A stretch of 62,985 nt of DNA, counting the filler, from Chiloscyllium plagiosum (lineage: Eukaryota), in NCBI RefSeq assembly GCF_004010195.1. It is 11 parts of 11 records of this genome, joined end to end, with 100 filler letters (N's around TTAATTAATTAA, not from the genome) between each part and the next. Parts side by side here need not be neighbours in the genome. Positions count along the whole stretch, not along the records: positions 32,551 to 37,984 come from NW_025210775.1; positions 38,085 to 40,960 come from NW_025185760.1; positions 41,061 to 43,433 come from NW_025180457.1; positions 43,534 to 49,652 come from NW_025204462.1; 7 more parts are not named here. One strand, 5' to 3'. The notes below the pieces were generated by a model. That model was not told where the DNA came from. It did no database searches and was given only the letters and a program-made list of their open reading frames with translations. The position numbers were made by a program, and so were the translations under genes. This document shows positions 36,066-48,415 of this stretch, piece by piece (position 1 is the first letter of the stretch; every line of letters starts with the position of its first letter).

Positions 36066-36809
36066 AGTGTTTGAGACAGTCCACAGAGGAGACATAACTT
36101 TAACTAGAACAGGGCTGAGCTGGCAGGACAAAGGTCATTGTCAGCACTGAATTTCAACTCTCTTCCTTCTCAGGACTGGCTCAGAGACATTTCTGAGCTT
36201 CAGGGGTTATGGAATTTCATTGGGACACTGTAGATAGAGCTTTACACTTTGTCAAACCCCATGCTGTCCCTGTTCTGGGAGTTTTTCATGGGGACAGAGT
36301 TGACTTGTGATGCCAAGTAAAATCTCTGGAAGTTGCTGAAGACTGTCAACTGTACAAAACAATGTGAACCTCAGAAGTCTCTGCTTCAGTAAACCAGATC
36401 TCCTTCCTGCTCAGCCGCCAGTTCCAATTTAAGGGTTTTTCACTGTTTGAAGGGACAGGATTCTCATGGTATTGAGAAAATCTCCACAAGTGTTTTCCTC
36501 AAGCTCCAATGTGGCTGTGAATGTTTACAGCTTCCTCTGTCTGGGCTGTTAATTGCAGTCTGTTTTCTGTCAATGTCAGTCTGGAAAAGGGAGTAAAGAT
36601 GAAGAAGATTCAGTCTCTGTCTCTGTGTGCTTTGGAGATTGACCATTCCATTCAGCTGATTGCCTGCATTTCAGCATGACATTGTCACAATTGGCTACTT
36701 GGCCTGTCAATAAATGACACATCCGTTGTAGAGCATACTGACAGCCAATCATCAATCACTTTCAATGATCCCTTTGATCTGGAATCATTGGAGGTTACAA
36801 GATTCCAAA

Positions 36810-37780
36810 CAGATCTCCATTAATGACCACCTGGACCATCTCTGACACCTCCCTCCCCTTCCTGGACCACTCGATCTCCATTAATGATGACCAACTTGAC
36901 ACTGACATTTTTTACAAACCCACCTCTTCCCAACCTCCCTCTTGCAAAAATGCCATCCCGTATTCCCAATTCCTCCACCTCCGCCATATTTGCTCCCAGG
37001 AGGACCAGTTCCACCACAGAACACACCAGATGGCCTTCTTCTTTAGAGACCGCAATTTCCCTCCCCACGTGGTCAAAGATGCGCTCCAATGCATCTCGTC
37101 CACATCCCACCCCTCTGCCCTCAAACCCCACCCCTCCAACCATAACAAGGACAGAACGCCCCTGGTGCTCACCTTCCACCCTACCAACCTTCGCATAAAC
37201 CACATCATCTGACGACATTTCTGCCACCTCCAAACGGACTCCACCGGGGATATATTTCCCTCCCCACCCATTCCTGCTTTCCGCAAAAACCGTTCCCTCC
37301 GTGACGCCTCATCTTTCACCTCGGAACACTTCAATCCCATGGCATCAATGTGGATTTCACCAGCTTCCTCATTTCTCCTTCCCCCACCTCACCCCAGCTC
37401 CAACCTTTCAGCTCAGCACCATCCTCATGACCTGTCCTACTTGCTTATCTTCCTTTCGTCCTATCCACTCCACCCTCCTCTCTGACCTATCACTTCCATC
37501 CCCACCTCCATTCACCTATTGTACTCTTTGCTACCTTCCCCCACCGTCCTCTCTGACCTATCACCTGGGAAGAAAATAGCACTCTATGCTATTTTCTTCC
37601 CAACCCCCTCTCATTTATCTCTCCACTCTGCAGGCATCCTGCCTCTACTCCTGATGAAGGGCTTTTGCCCGAAACGTTGATTTTCCTGCTCCTCGGATGC
37701 TGCCTGACCTGCTGTGCTTTTCCAGCACCACTCTGTTCTAGCCTCTGGTTTCCAGCATCTGCAGTCCTTGTTTTTACCTA
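36810..37780 (+). mobile_element. Penelope-like element fragment (RT C-terminus plus terminal repeat with hammerhead core)
   Basis: SLPFLD..ISI....TDIFYKPT...CKNAIPYSQFL.LR.ICS...PLVLTFHP; absent from the paralogous flank at about 51555. Confidence 0.88.
37651..37675 (+). ncRNA. Minimal hammerhead ribozyme core in a Penelope terminal repeat
   Basis: CTGATGA-A-GGGC-TTTT-GCCC-GAAAC; identical core at 33399-33423. Confidence 0.6.
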
Positions 37781-38084
37781 GAAACAGAAAGCTGTTAGGA
37801 CTCAATAATTACAATCTTAGGCATTCCCTCTTCACTCTGTGGTCCAGGCTCAGGTGCTGGGATTGCACTCTGCACTCTTTGCTGCATGCTGTGTTATACC
37901 TGAAATGATCTTAGGTCAATCACTGACACTGCAGGCTGCGTGTCCCTCTGATGCAGGTGTATTACATAATGCTGCCTGTAGGTGNNNNNNNNNNNNNNNN
38001 NNNNNNNNNNNNNNNNNNNNNNNNNNNNTTAATTAATTAANNNNNNNNNNNNNNNNNNNNNNNNNNNNNNNNNNNNNNNNNNNN

Positions 38085-39109
38085 CATTTATAGAAACTAA
38101 TTGAATGAGAATATAGGAGGCATGGTTTGTGAGTTTGCAGAGGACACCAAAGTTGGTGGCATAGTGGCAGTGATGAAGGCTATTTGAGAGTACATTTACA
38201 TTCCATATTGAGATAAAAGGGAGGTGTTACATTTTGGTACCAAAACCAGTCCAGGGTTTACACAGTTAATTATGGGGCAATGGGGAGTGTTATCAAAGAG
38301 GAAGATCAAGGGGTGGAGGCATATAGTGCCTTGAAACTGGAGTCACATGTGGGCAGGGTGGTGAGGAAAGCATTTGGTTACAATTGCCAGTCAGAGCATT
38401 GGGTATAGGAGTTGGTCGGGCCACATTTCTGGTCACGCTGCTGTTGAAAAGATGTCATTAAACTGGAGAGGGTGTAAAAAGGATGACAAGGATGTCACCG
38501 AGACTGGAGGGTTTGAGTATAAGGAGTGGCTGGTTAGGCCTGGGCTATTTTCTTGGAAGGTCAGAGGCTACGAGGTGACATTTTAAAGGTTTATAAAATC
38601 ATAATGGGCATAGATAAGATGACTAGTCAAGGTCTTTTCCCCAGGGAAGGGGAGTCCAAAACTAGAGGGCAGACGTTTAAGGTGAGAGGGGAAAGATTCA
38701 AAAGGGACCTGAGGTGCATCTCTTTCACATAGAGGGCAGTGCGTGTATTGAATGACCTGTGAGAGGAAGTCGTAGAGGCGAATCTGATTATAACATGGAG
38801 AGGAAAGGTCGACAGAAATTTTAGCCACATGCAGACAAATAGGAATACAGGGAATAGATAAGGTGAATATTTCACGAAGAATGTGAATAGTTTGCAGACA
38901 TGTTAAAAAAAAAAGTGGAAGTTTCAAGGATGAAGAATGCCAGTTATGAAAATAGAAGAGAGAAATTTGGACTGTCTTCCTTGGAGAAGAGAAGGCTGAG
39001 AGATGTGTTTGAGGAATTCAACATCAGGAGGGGTCTGGACAGAGTAAACAGGGAGAAAATGTTCACAATTGAGAAAGGATTGAGAGGAGAGACCACAGAT
39101 TGAAAGTAA
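38085..39109 (+). mobile_element. CR1 fragments paralogous to 45325-46400
   Basis: Collinear similarity including the same junction between two CR1 pieces. Confidence 0.85.
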
Positions 39110-40232
39110 NNNNNNNNNNNNNNNNNNNNNNNNNNNNNNNNNNNNNNNNNNNNNNNNNNNNNNNNNNNNNNNNNNNNNNNNNNNNNNNNNNNNNNNNNNN
39201 NNNNNNNNNNNNNNNNNNNNNNNNNNNNNNNNNNNNNNNNNNNNNNNNNNNNNNNNNNNNNNNNNNNNNNNNNNNNNNNNNNNNNNNNNNNNNNNNNNNN
39301 NNNNNNNNNNNNNNNNNNNNNNNNNNNNNNNNNNNNNNNNNNNNNNNNNNNNNNNNNNNNNNNNNNNNNNNNNNNNNNNNNNNNNNNNNNNNNNNNNNNN
39401 NNNNNNNNNNNNNNNNNNNNNNNNNNNNNNNNNNNNNNNNNNNNNNNNNNNNNNNNNNNNNNNNNNNNNNNNNNNNNNNNNNNNNNNNNNNNNNNNNNNN
39501 NNNNNNNNNNNNNNNNNNNNNNNNNNNNNNNNNNNNNNNNNNNNNNNNNNNNNNNNNNNNNNNNNNNNNNNNNNNNNNNNNNNNNNNNNNNNNNNNNNNN
39601 NNNNNNNNNNNNNNNNNNNNNNNNNNNNNNNNNNNNNNNNNNNNNNNNNNNNNNNNNNNNNNNNNNNNNNNNNNNNNNNNNNNNNNNNNNNNNNNNNNNN
39701 NNNNNNNNNNNNNNNNNNNNNCTCACCCTCTTCCTTTCTCTCTCTGTCGCTCATTCACTTTCACCTTCTCCCTGTCCCTCTCTGTCTGTCACTTACTCTC
39801 ACCTTCTCACTGTCTTTCTCACTGTCACTTATGTCTTCTTTTATCTCTGTTTTTTTCAAACTATTTCTCTCTTTCTGTTGAGTCCCTGTCTCTCTGTCTG
39901 GGCTGTGTCCAGCTGGGCTTGGGAGGTTTGTGAACTTTATTTTTCAAAGTTCACCCTTGCAATTGCTCTTCACATGTGCTCATAAGTGTAATAAGGAAAC
40001 TCAAGGCTTTAAGTGAACAGTGACTACCACAGGGACTGAATAGTGACAAGCCTGGCATGGAGCTAATTTGTAAAGTTTTGTTTACATATAACTGTGACTG
40101 TGTGTTCATTATTATATATTATGTATGGTTATGGGATGTGTCAGTGCAGGAGGTGGGACTGTGTGTCCATTATTATATATTATATGTATCAGTGGGATGT
40201 GTCAGTACAGGCAATAGTGCTGTGTGTATTGA

Positions 40233-40260
40233 GGTTTTTGTATGGCTCTGTATCACTGCA
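40233..40260 (-). promoter_or_regulatory. 12-bp-spacer RSS with mutated heptamer (TGCAGTG)
   Basis: TGCAGTG-12-ACAAAAACC, compared with CACAGTG in the paralog at 54411. Confidence 0.9.
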
Positions 40261-40769
40261 CCAAGGCCAGCTCCAACTTTGCTGACAGTAATAGTCAGCG
40301 ACATCCTCATCCTGAACGTTGCTGATTGTCAGGGTGAAGTGTGTGCTGGACAATTCTGTCCCGGTGAATCTGTCGGAGACTCCTTTGTATCGTGCTACTG
40401 CATTGTAGATCAGGAGAGAGGGTTTCTGTCCTTCTCGCTGCTGGAACCATTCAACTTCAGTCGTGGTACTCTGACTGGATTTACAGGTGAGTGTTGCGGT
40501 CTGGCCCAGTTCCACTGACAGCACCGGGGGAGACTGGGTCATGATGATGTCTCCACTGATACCTGAGGGGTCAGAGAGAAACACAGTGAAGTCTGAACTG
40601 TCACAAAAAAAGACTGTCAAATGAGAGATTGTTGAAGACACTGAGCATTTTTCCTTCAATCACAATGAAGTGAAATGGAGAGTTAAAGATTCAGATTGGA
40701 AGGAGAAATTGCTGATGTACTTGCGACACAGAATGCCAGGGGCCAGATCAGCTGGATGTGTGAAATCAT
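40261..40769 (-). CDS. IGKV: Ig kappa V segment 1 (leader 40721-40769, V exon 40261-40562); open ORF, defective RSS
   Basis: Leader [16 protein letters not shown]; [13 protein letters not shown]...C...WFQQ...[15 protein letters not shown]. Confidence 0.93.
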
Positions 40770-41294
40770 GGTGTGTGCTCCTGTCCCTGTGCCTGGTTCC
40801 TGATAAACTCTCCCTTCACTGGGCTCTGCTTTATAAAGCTGCAGCCTGAGAGAATCTGACTGGGTGTTCCTCAGTCTGTAAATGGCATCAGGCAGAGAGA
40901 GCCACGTCAGCCCCTCACACTTCCTCTTCTCTCTCTCTCTTGCTCATCCTTACGAACTTCNNNNNNNNNNNNNNNNNNNNNNNNNNNNNNNNNNNNNNNN
41001 NNNNTTAATTAATTAANNNNNNNNNNNNNNNNNNNNNNNNNNNNNNNNNNNNNNNNNNNNACAGAATAAGGGANNNNNNNNNNNNNNNNNNNNNNNNNNN
41101 NNNNNNNNNNNNNNNNNNNNNNNNNNNNNNNNNNNNNNNNNNNNNNNNNNNNNNNNNNNNNNNNNNNNNNNNNNNNNNNNNNNNNNNNNNNNNNNNNNNN
41201 NNNNNNNNNNNNNNNNNNNNNNNNNNNNNNNNNNNNNNNNNNNNNNNNNNNNNNNNNNNNNNNNNNNNNNNNNNNNNNNNNNNNNNNNNNNNNN

Positions 41295-41960
41295 TGATAG
41301 AGCTGGGCCTCTGCCAGGCTGCTGTGTTCAATGTGACAGGAGTATTGATCCTCATCCCCAGCATTGATCTCAATCTCTTTCTGGATCTGATCGGTCCCAT
41401 CGTGGTTTGGTCGAACCCCCGAGGATTGGGTCTCAGACATGACCTCTCCATTCCTTAGCCAGGTCACCTCGATGTCTGCAGGATCAAACCCAGTGTCCAG
41501 ACAGGAGAGAGTGAGTGGCTTGTCCTGACCATTGGGCTCCCTCCTGGAGATGAACACTTCAGGCTGAACTGTGATGGGAAAGGGTGAAAACACAAACAAT
41601 AGACAGACACTGAATGGAATGGGAGAGCGGTTTCATAGATCAGTGAGGTTAGATCAAAACGTGGAGCAAAACTGAAATACATACCTTTCCTTGTGAAATA
41701 TTCCTTTCCAGCTTCCAGGTACCTCTTTAAATGCTCAACAAAGATTCCATGCAGCTATGTTTCCCAGTAATTGTTCCAGGATTCATCAGAATCCCATTAC
41801 TCTTTTGTCTTCACTGCAAAGTGATTGGTTGCGATCCATCTCATTCTGTCTGGGTCGAAACTGATATAATCCTTTCCATTGGCTCCAAATCTCACCGATC
41901 CCTTCACAGAGCCACCATCACTGATCTCAACAGTAATAAACCATTGAAAGATGTGAATTC
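41295..41960 (-). pseudogene. MHC class I pseudogene of the same lineage (alpha2 41685-41960; alpha3 41295-41568, cut by a gap)
   Basis: alpha2 has in-frame stops TAA (41797-41799) and TAG (41755-41757); alpha3 is nearly identical to 10791-11069. Confidence 0.93.
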
Positions 41961-42647
41961 CTGTCACTAACCCAATAAGAATCAATGATCAATAATTAAT
42001 TCTTAACTGAAACTGCGAAACAATCTGATCAAAGGTGAATGGGGATCCTGTATCAGGCCCAGGGGGAGGGGGGTTACACACGGTGCTAATCCCCAGGGCC
42101 TGTGCTGTCAGAGGGGCCCACATTCAGGCAGCACTGCCCCTTTCTCCAGTGGCTGCCTCACACCTCAACCTGGAGCAGATAAGGAACGGGCTCTCTGATC
42201 CGGGTCAGAATTCCAGCGCACACATTCCCACTATCCTGGAACGACAGCCCCGTTCCATCTGGTCATTTGTTTCGATCACAGACTGCATTCTGGGGGATGT
42301 AGTCCATGTCTGTCCGTGACCACTCTGTCAGCCTCCCACAGGCTCTGGCCCACGATCGGACTCTGTGTGTTATTTACAAGGACCCTCTCCCCACGTGGGG
42401 CTGTGCAATCTCTTCCCCTGAGCCTGACAGAATGGAGATGAGGGTAGATTTCTTTAAATTGCCGATTACACCCTGTACAACGTCCACAGATTATAGCAAT
42501 GTTTTTAATTTTGTTCTAGTTGTTCAATCTGTTCATCACAGATTACACAGAATGGGTTGGGCTCGTGTGAGGCAATGCTCATATCCCAGAATGCTCAGCT
42601 GCACCATAGGTTTCACAACATATCCATACAACCTGATTCAAAAGCGT

Positions 42648-43433
42648 CTCTCCATCACGAGTGGACTGTGACCATTCCAATATCTCTCCATCACAAGTGG
42701 ACCGTGACCATTCCAATATCTCTCTATCACGAGTGGACCGTGACCATTCCAATATCTCCCAATCACGAGTGGATCATGACCATTCCAATATCTCTCGATC
42801 ACAAGTGGACCGTGACAATTCCAATATCTCTCTATCACGAGTGAACCGTGACCATTCCAGTATCTCTCCATCACGAGTCGACTGTGACCATTCCAATATC
42901 TCCCCATCACGAGTGGACCGTGACCATTCCAATATCTCTCCATCACGAGTGGACCGTGACCATTCCAATATCTCTCCATCACGAGTGGACCGTGACCATT
43001 CCAATATCACTATATCACGAGTGGACCGTGACCATTCCAATATTTCTCTATCACGTGTGGACCGTGACCATTCCAGCATCTCTCCATCACGAGTCGACTG
43101 TGACCATTCCAATATCTCCCCATGACGAGTGGACCGTGACCATTCCAATATCTCTCTATCACGAGTGGACTGTGACCATTCCAATATCTGTCCATCACGA
43201 GGGGACCGTGACGATTCCAATATCACTCCGTCACGAGTGGACCTTGACCATTCCAGTATCTCTCTATCACGCGTGGACCGTGTCCATTCCAATATCTCTC
43301 CATCACGAGAGTACCGTGTCCATTCCAATATCTCTCCATCACGAGTGGACCGTGACCAATCCAATATCTCTCCATCACGAGTGAACCGTGACAATTCCAG
43401 TATCTCTCCATCACGAGTGGACCGTGACCGTTC
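42648..43433. repeat. 36-bp minisatellite, about 22 copies, truncated at the contig end
   Basis: Unit TCTCTCCATCACGAGTGGACCGTGACCATTCCAATA; it produces 12-aa periodic ORFs in several frames. Confidence 0.95.
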
Positions 43434-43533
43434 NNNNNNNNNNNNNNNNNNNNNNNNNNNNNNNNNNNNNNNNNNNNTTAATTAATTAANNNNNNNNNNN
43501 NNNNNNNNNNNNNNNNNNNNNNNNNNNNNNNNN

Positions 43534-46500
43534 GGTGTATGTGAGGCTGGAAAAGTGGTCCAGGAGGGAGGGCTTTAGATTCTTGGGACTTTGGGAATGA
43601 CTCGCGGAGAGATGTGACCTCTATAGACCAAATGGGTTGCTTCTGAACAGAGCAGGAACTGAGCTCCTTGCTGGTGTTGTTGGAGAGGGTTTAAACTGAC
43701 ATGCAAGGGCTGTGGGAATCAGGGGCGAATATCCAAGGAACTCAGAATCCTGGAAGAGTTAGATCACCAGAGTAACAAATCGTAACTTATTAGGCAGGGT
43801 CAAAGTGAGGAAGAGAGTCATCATTTCTAAATCCAGCTGACTGCGCATGTATGGGACTGCACGGAGTGTGGGGAATAAGATTGAGGAGTTACAGACACAG
43901 ATTGCCAAGTGAAAATCTGAAGTTGTTGCTCTCACAAATGAGGCTCAAATAAGGACAGGACTGGGTGTTAAATATTCCTGGATACAAGGTGTTCAGGAAA
44001 GATAGGAAAGGGCGGAAAGGGTGAGAGGTGTGGGATTGGTTAAGGAGATCGGTGCAGAGCTGGAGAAAGAGGATGTCCCAGAGGGCTCAAGGACAGCATT
44101 GATTTGGTTCGAGATACAGAACAAAAATGGTGCAATCAGCTTGTTCAGTGCAGTCTATAGGTCACCGACTAGTGTGAAGGATGTAGAGGGACAAATCTGC
44201 AAGGAATTCACAGCTAACATTAGGGGGACTTTAATTATCAGAATATCGACTGGGATAGTAGCAGTGTGAAGGGCAAACAGGGGCCAGAGTTGTGAGAGTG
44301 TGCTCAGGTGAATTTTCTCCAGCCGTGTGTTCCCATTCCAATGAGAAACAAAGCTCTGCCAGACCTGGATCTTGGGAGTGAGGAGGCCCAAGTAGATCAA
44401 GTGTCAGTGAAAGGACATTTAGGGAAGAGTGATCATTGTATCACAAGGTTTAGGGTGACCGTGGAAAAGGACAAAGGACAATCCAGAGTAAAGTCATGAT
44501 CATGGATCGTATCCCATAGAGCACCACCAAAAGTTTCATAGTTAGAAATTTTCACTTTCTTTTTAACCAGAATATGGATGAATCACAAAACAAATATTTT
44601 GCTCAATATTTACCATTGGTAAAGGTCGTGAATTAAAGGAAATTCAGGAAATAAATGTTGAGAAGAGTCCTCATTAGAGAAGAAAAGGTGCAGTGACCTG
44701 TTCTTTAAACTCATAAAGGTAGACAAATCCCCAGGACCTGATCAGGTCCATCCCAGTACTTTGTGGGAAGCTTGGGAAGAGACAGGGACACCCCTTGGTC
44801 AGACGTTTGTATCATCAACAGCCACGGGTGATGTGTTGGAAGACTGGAGCATGGATAATGTTGTGCTGTTAGTTAAGAAAGTCTGCAAGGAATACCCAGG
44901 GAATTATAGAGCGGTGAGTCTGATACCAGTGGGGCATAAGTTGTTGGAGGGGATTTTGAAAGACAGGATTTACATGCATTTGGAGAGACAAGGATTGATT
45001 AAGGACAGTGCACAAGGCTTTGTAAGTGGGAAATCGAGTCTCACAAATTTGATTGAGTTTTTTGAAGACATGACCAAGAAGATAGCTGAGGCCAGAGTGG
45101 TAGACATTGTCTACATGGACTTTAGCAAGGTCTTTGACATGTTCCCGCATGGACAACTGGTTCATACGGTCAGATCAAATGGGATCCAGGGAGAGCAAAC
45201 CAATTGATACAAAATTGGCTTAATGGTTGGAGACAGTGTGGTAGTAGAAGGTTCTTGTTCAGACTGGAAGCCTGTGACCAGCGGTGTGGTAAAAGGATTG
45301 GTTCGGGGTTCATCATTGTTCGTCATTTATAGAAAATATTTGAATGAAAATATCGGAAGTATGGTTTGTGAGTTTGCAGATGACACCAAAATTGGTGGCT
45401 TAGTGGGCAGTGACGAAGGTTATTTGAAAGTACATGTACATTCCGTATTGAGATAATAGCGAGGTGTTGCATTCTGTACAAAAACTAGTCCAGGGCTTAC
45501 ACAGTTAATTGTAGGGCCATAGGGAGAGTTATCAAAGAGGGAGACCAAGGGGTGGAGGCATATAGTGCCTTGAAACTGGAGTGATATGAAGACCAGGTGA
45601 TAAAGAAAGCATTTGTTACACTTGCCTTCATTGGTCAGAGCATTGAGTAATGGAGTTGGGACATTATGTCACAGCTCTCCAAGATATTGATCAGGCCACA
45701 TTTCTGGTCACCCTGCTATTGGCAACATGCCATTAACTGGAAAGAGTGTAAAAAAGATGACAAGGATGTCATTGAGACTGGATGGTTTAAGTTATAAAGA
45801 GTGGCTGGTTAGTCCTGAGCTATTTTCCTTGGAAGGTCAGAGGCTGCGGGGTGACATTTTAGAAGTTTGTAAAATCATCATGGGCATAAATACGGTCAAG
45901 GTCTTTTCCTCAAGGAGGGGAGTCCAAAACTAGAGGACAGAAGTTTAAAGCAAGATGGGAAAGATTCAAAAGGGACCTGAGGTGCACCTCCTTCACATAG
46001 AGGGTGGTGCGTGTATTGAATGAGCTGCCAGAGGACGTCATAGAGGTGAGTCTGATGACAACATTTAACAGATACATGGAGAGGAAAGATTTAGGGGGAA
46101 ATGATCCAAATGCAGGCAAAAGGGACCAAGGGGAATAGATAAGGTGAATAGTTCATGAAGGCTGTGCTTATTTGGCAGATGAGGTAAAAAAATTCCTATG
46201 GAAAATTCAGGGATGAGGAAAGTCAGTTAAGAAAATATATTGGAGAAATTTGGATAGTCTTCCTTGGAGAAGAGAAGGCTGAGAGGACATTTGTTTGAGG
46301 AATTCAACATCAGGAGGGGTCTGGACAGAGTAAACAGGGAGAAAATGTTCCTACTCATGAAAGGATTGACAGCAAGAGGCCAAAGATTGAAAGTAATGAG
46401 TAAAGGAATCAAAAGTGAGATGAGGAAAAACATTCTCAGCCAGTGAGTGGTTAAGGTGTGGAATACACTGCCTGAGAGTGTGGTGGAAGCAGCTTCAATT

Positions 46501-46670
46501 GAAACATTCCGAAGGGAATGAGACTGTTACTTGAAAAGGAACAATGTGCAGGGTGACAGGGAGAAGGCAGGAGAATGGCACTCAGTGAATTGCTCATTCA
46601 GAGAGCCAGTATGGACAGGCTGGGTGGAATGGTCTCCTTGTGCACTGTAACAATTCTGTGATTGTGTGAT
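43534..46670 (+). mobile_element. Degenerate CR1 LINE(s) covering endonuclease, RT and 3' ends, in the J-C intron and antisense to the kappa cluster
   Basis: VYRSP, SDHC, KSPGPD, PGNYRAVSL, VYMDFSKVFD and FADDTK motifs with stops. Confidence 0.9.
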
Positions 46671-46716
46671 TGAGCAGAGTTAAAGCTGGGGGAGGTGGGA
46701 GCTCGGTGTCTCACTG

Positions 46717-46751
<35 letters not shown>

Positions 46752-47111
46752 AGGTAAGTGAGATCAGAGACTGGGACAGGGAGCCAGAGCTCACATCAAA
46801 CTCTGCCCATGTCTGTCACACTGAGACTGGCAGGAGGCTACTCACTGATTTCACTGCATGCTGCAGGAATAGGACCACAGGCTGCAAATGGACAGAGCTC
46901 CTCCACACGGTGAGTAAAACTGACTGACTTATATCTTGCTGCTTAAAGGGAGCAATGGGACTAAAGAAATACAGCTGGACACCCTGTTAGACACAGTGCT
47001 CCTCAATCAACCATTTCATTCACTGCAGCTCCCCACTAACACCTTCAACAATTCAGTATTTGTGTTTTAGTCAATATTTCAGTATTGAACGGAGGATTGA
47101 GGTTTACTTAC

Positions 47112-47146
47112 TCAGTCTGAGCTTGGTTCCTTTACCGAACGTAAGC
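47112..47146 (-). CDS. IGKJ: Ig kappa J segment (LTFGKGTKLRL), intact
   Basis: FGxG motif and A|GTAAGT donor. Confidence 0.93.
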
Positions 47147-47185
47147 CACAATGAGAGCTCCCAGTGCAGAGGCTGTACAAAAACC
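47147..47185 (+). promoter_or_regulatory. 23-bp-spacer RSS of J-kappa
   Basis: CACAATG (47147-47153), 23 bp, ACAAAAACC (47177-47185). Confidence 0.92.
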
Positions 47186-47714
47186 TCTGCTCTCGGCTTC
47201 CCTCCATCACTCTCACCCTCTCCCTGTCCCTCTCTGTCTATCGCTCACTCTCACCCTCTCCTTGTCTCTTTCTGTCTTTCACTGACTCTCACCTTCTCTC
47301 TGCCTCTCTCTCTCACTCATGTCTTTCTCTCTCTCTGTGTTTCTCATTCTGTTTCTCTCTCTCTCTCTCTCTCTATCCGCTCCCCACCCCAACCCTCACC
47401 CCTCCCTCTCTTGCTCTCTCTTATGTGGCCATGGAGTATAAGGGAGAATCTTGAGGCCTTCAGTGAGGTCTTCAGTGAGACTGGAGTGTGTAGTGGACAG
47501 TGACAATCCCAGCATGGGGTAATTTGTTCAGTTTTATTTAGATTTAACTGTCGGATATGTCAGTTCAGGTGGCGGGACTGTGTCCATTATTATACATCTA
47601 ATATAACTGTTGGATGTGTCAGTACAGGAGTTGGGACTGTGTGTTCAGAGATATATATATATTAGATATAGCAGTGGGATGTGTCAGTACAGAAGGTGGT
47701 GGTATGTGTATTGA

Positions 47715-47742
47715 GGTTTTTGTACAGCCCTGTATCACTGTG
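47715..47742 (-). promoter_or_regulatory. 12-bp-spacer RSS of V-kappa 2, consensus
   Basis: CACAGTG-12-ACAAAAACC. Confidence 0.95.
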
Positions 47743-48275
47743 TAAGGGCTGGACTCGTACTGACAGTAATAGTCAGCGACATCCTCATTCTGAACGTTGC
47801 TGATTGTCAGGGTGAAGTGTGTGCTGGATACTTGTGTCCCGGTGAATCTGCTGGAGACTCCTGTGAATCGTGTTGCTGCATCGTAGATCAGGAGAGAGGG
47901 TTTCTGACCTTCTCGCTGCTGGTACCAGGAAACATCAGCACTGGCACTCTGACTGGATTTACAGGTGAGTGTTGCGGTCTGGCCCAGTCCCACTGACAGC
48001 ACTGGGGGAGACTGAGTCATGATGATGTCCCCACTGATACCTGAGGGGTCAGAGAGAAACACAGTGAAGTCAGAACTGTCACAGAAAGAGCCTGTCAAAT
48101 GAGAGATTGTTGGAGACACTGAGCATTCCTCTGGTTTCAGCATTTTCCCTTCAATCACAAGTCAGTGGAATTGGAGTGAAATGGAGAGCAGCTAAAGATT
48201 CAAGGTGGAAGGAGAGAGATTTGTACCTGCGACATAGAATGCCAGGGGCCAGATCAGCTGGATGTGTGAAATCAT
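47743..48275 (-). CDS. IGKV: Ig kappa V segment 2 (leader 48227-48275, V exon 47743-48040), intact and unrearranged
   Basis: [49 protein letters not shown]...[10 protein letters not shown]; canonical splice sites; about 0.6 kb from J, i.e. cluster organisation. Confidence 0.95.
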
Positions 48276-48329
48276 GGTGTGTGCTCCTGTCCCTGTGCCT
48301 GGATCCTGATAAACTCTCCCTTCACTGGG

Positions 48330-48415
48330 CTCTGCTTTATAAAGCTGCAGCCTGTGAGAGTCTGACTGGGTGTTTCTCAGTATGTAAATGGAATCAGGCA
48401 GAGAGAGCCACGTCA
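48330..48415 (-). promoter_or_regulatory. V-kappa promoter: CRE-like TGACGTGG, variant octamer ATTTACAT, TATA
   Basis: Same order of motifs upstream of all three V-kappa leaders (also 53762-53842 and about 40830-40910). Confidence 0.65.

Noticed and set aside
42035-42430. GC-richer insert upstream of the pseudogene alpha2 exon as a possible alpha1 exon
   Set aside because: No alpha1 motifs in the minus-strand frames I read; probably a transposon fragment of unidentified family
42648-43433. CRISPR array or repeat protein (36-bp period, 12-aa repeat ORFs)
   Set aside because: Units are head-to-tail with no unique spacers, there are no cas genes and the context is vertebrate. ORFs in many frames are a by-product of a unit length divisible by 3.
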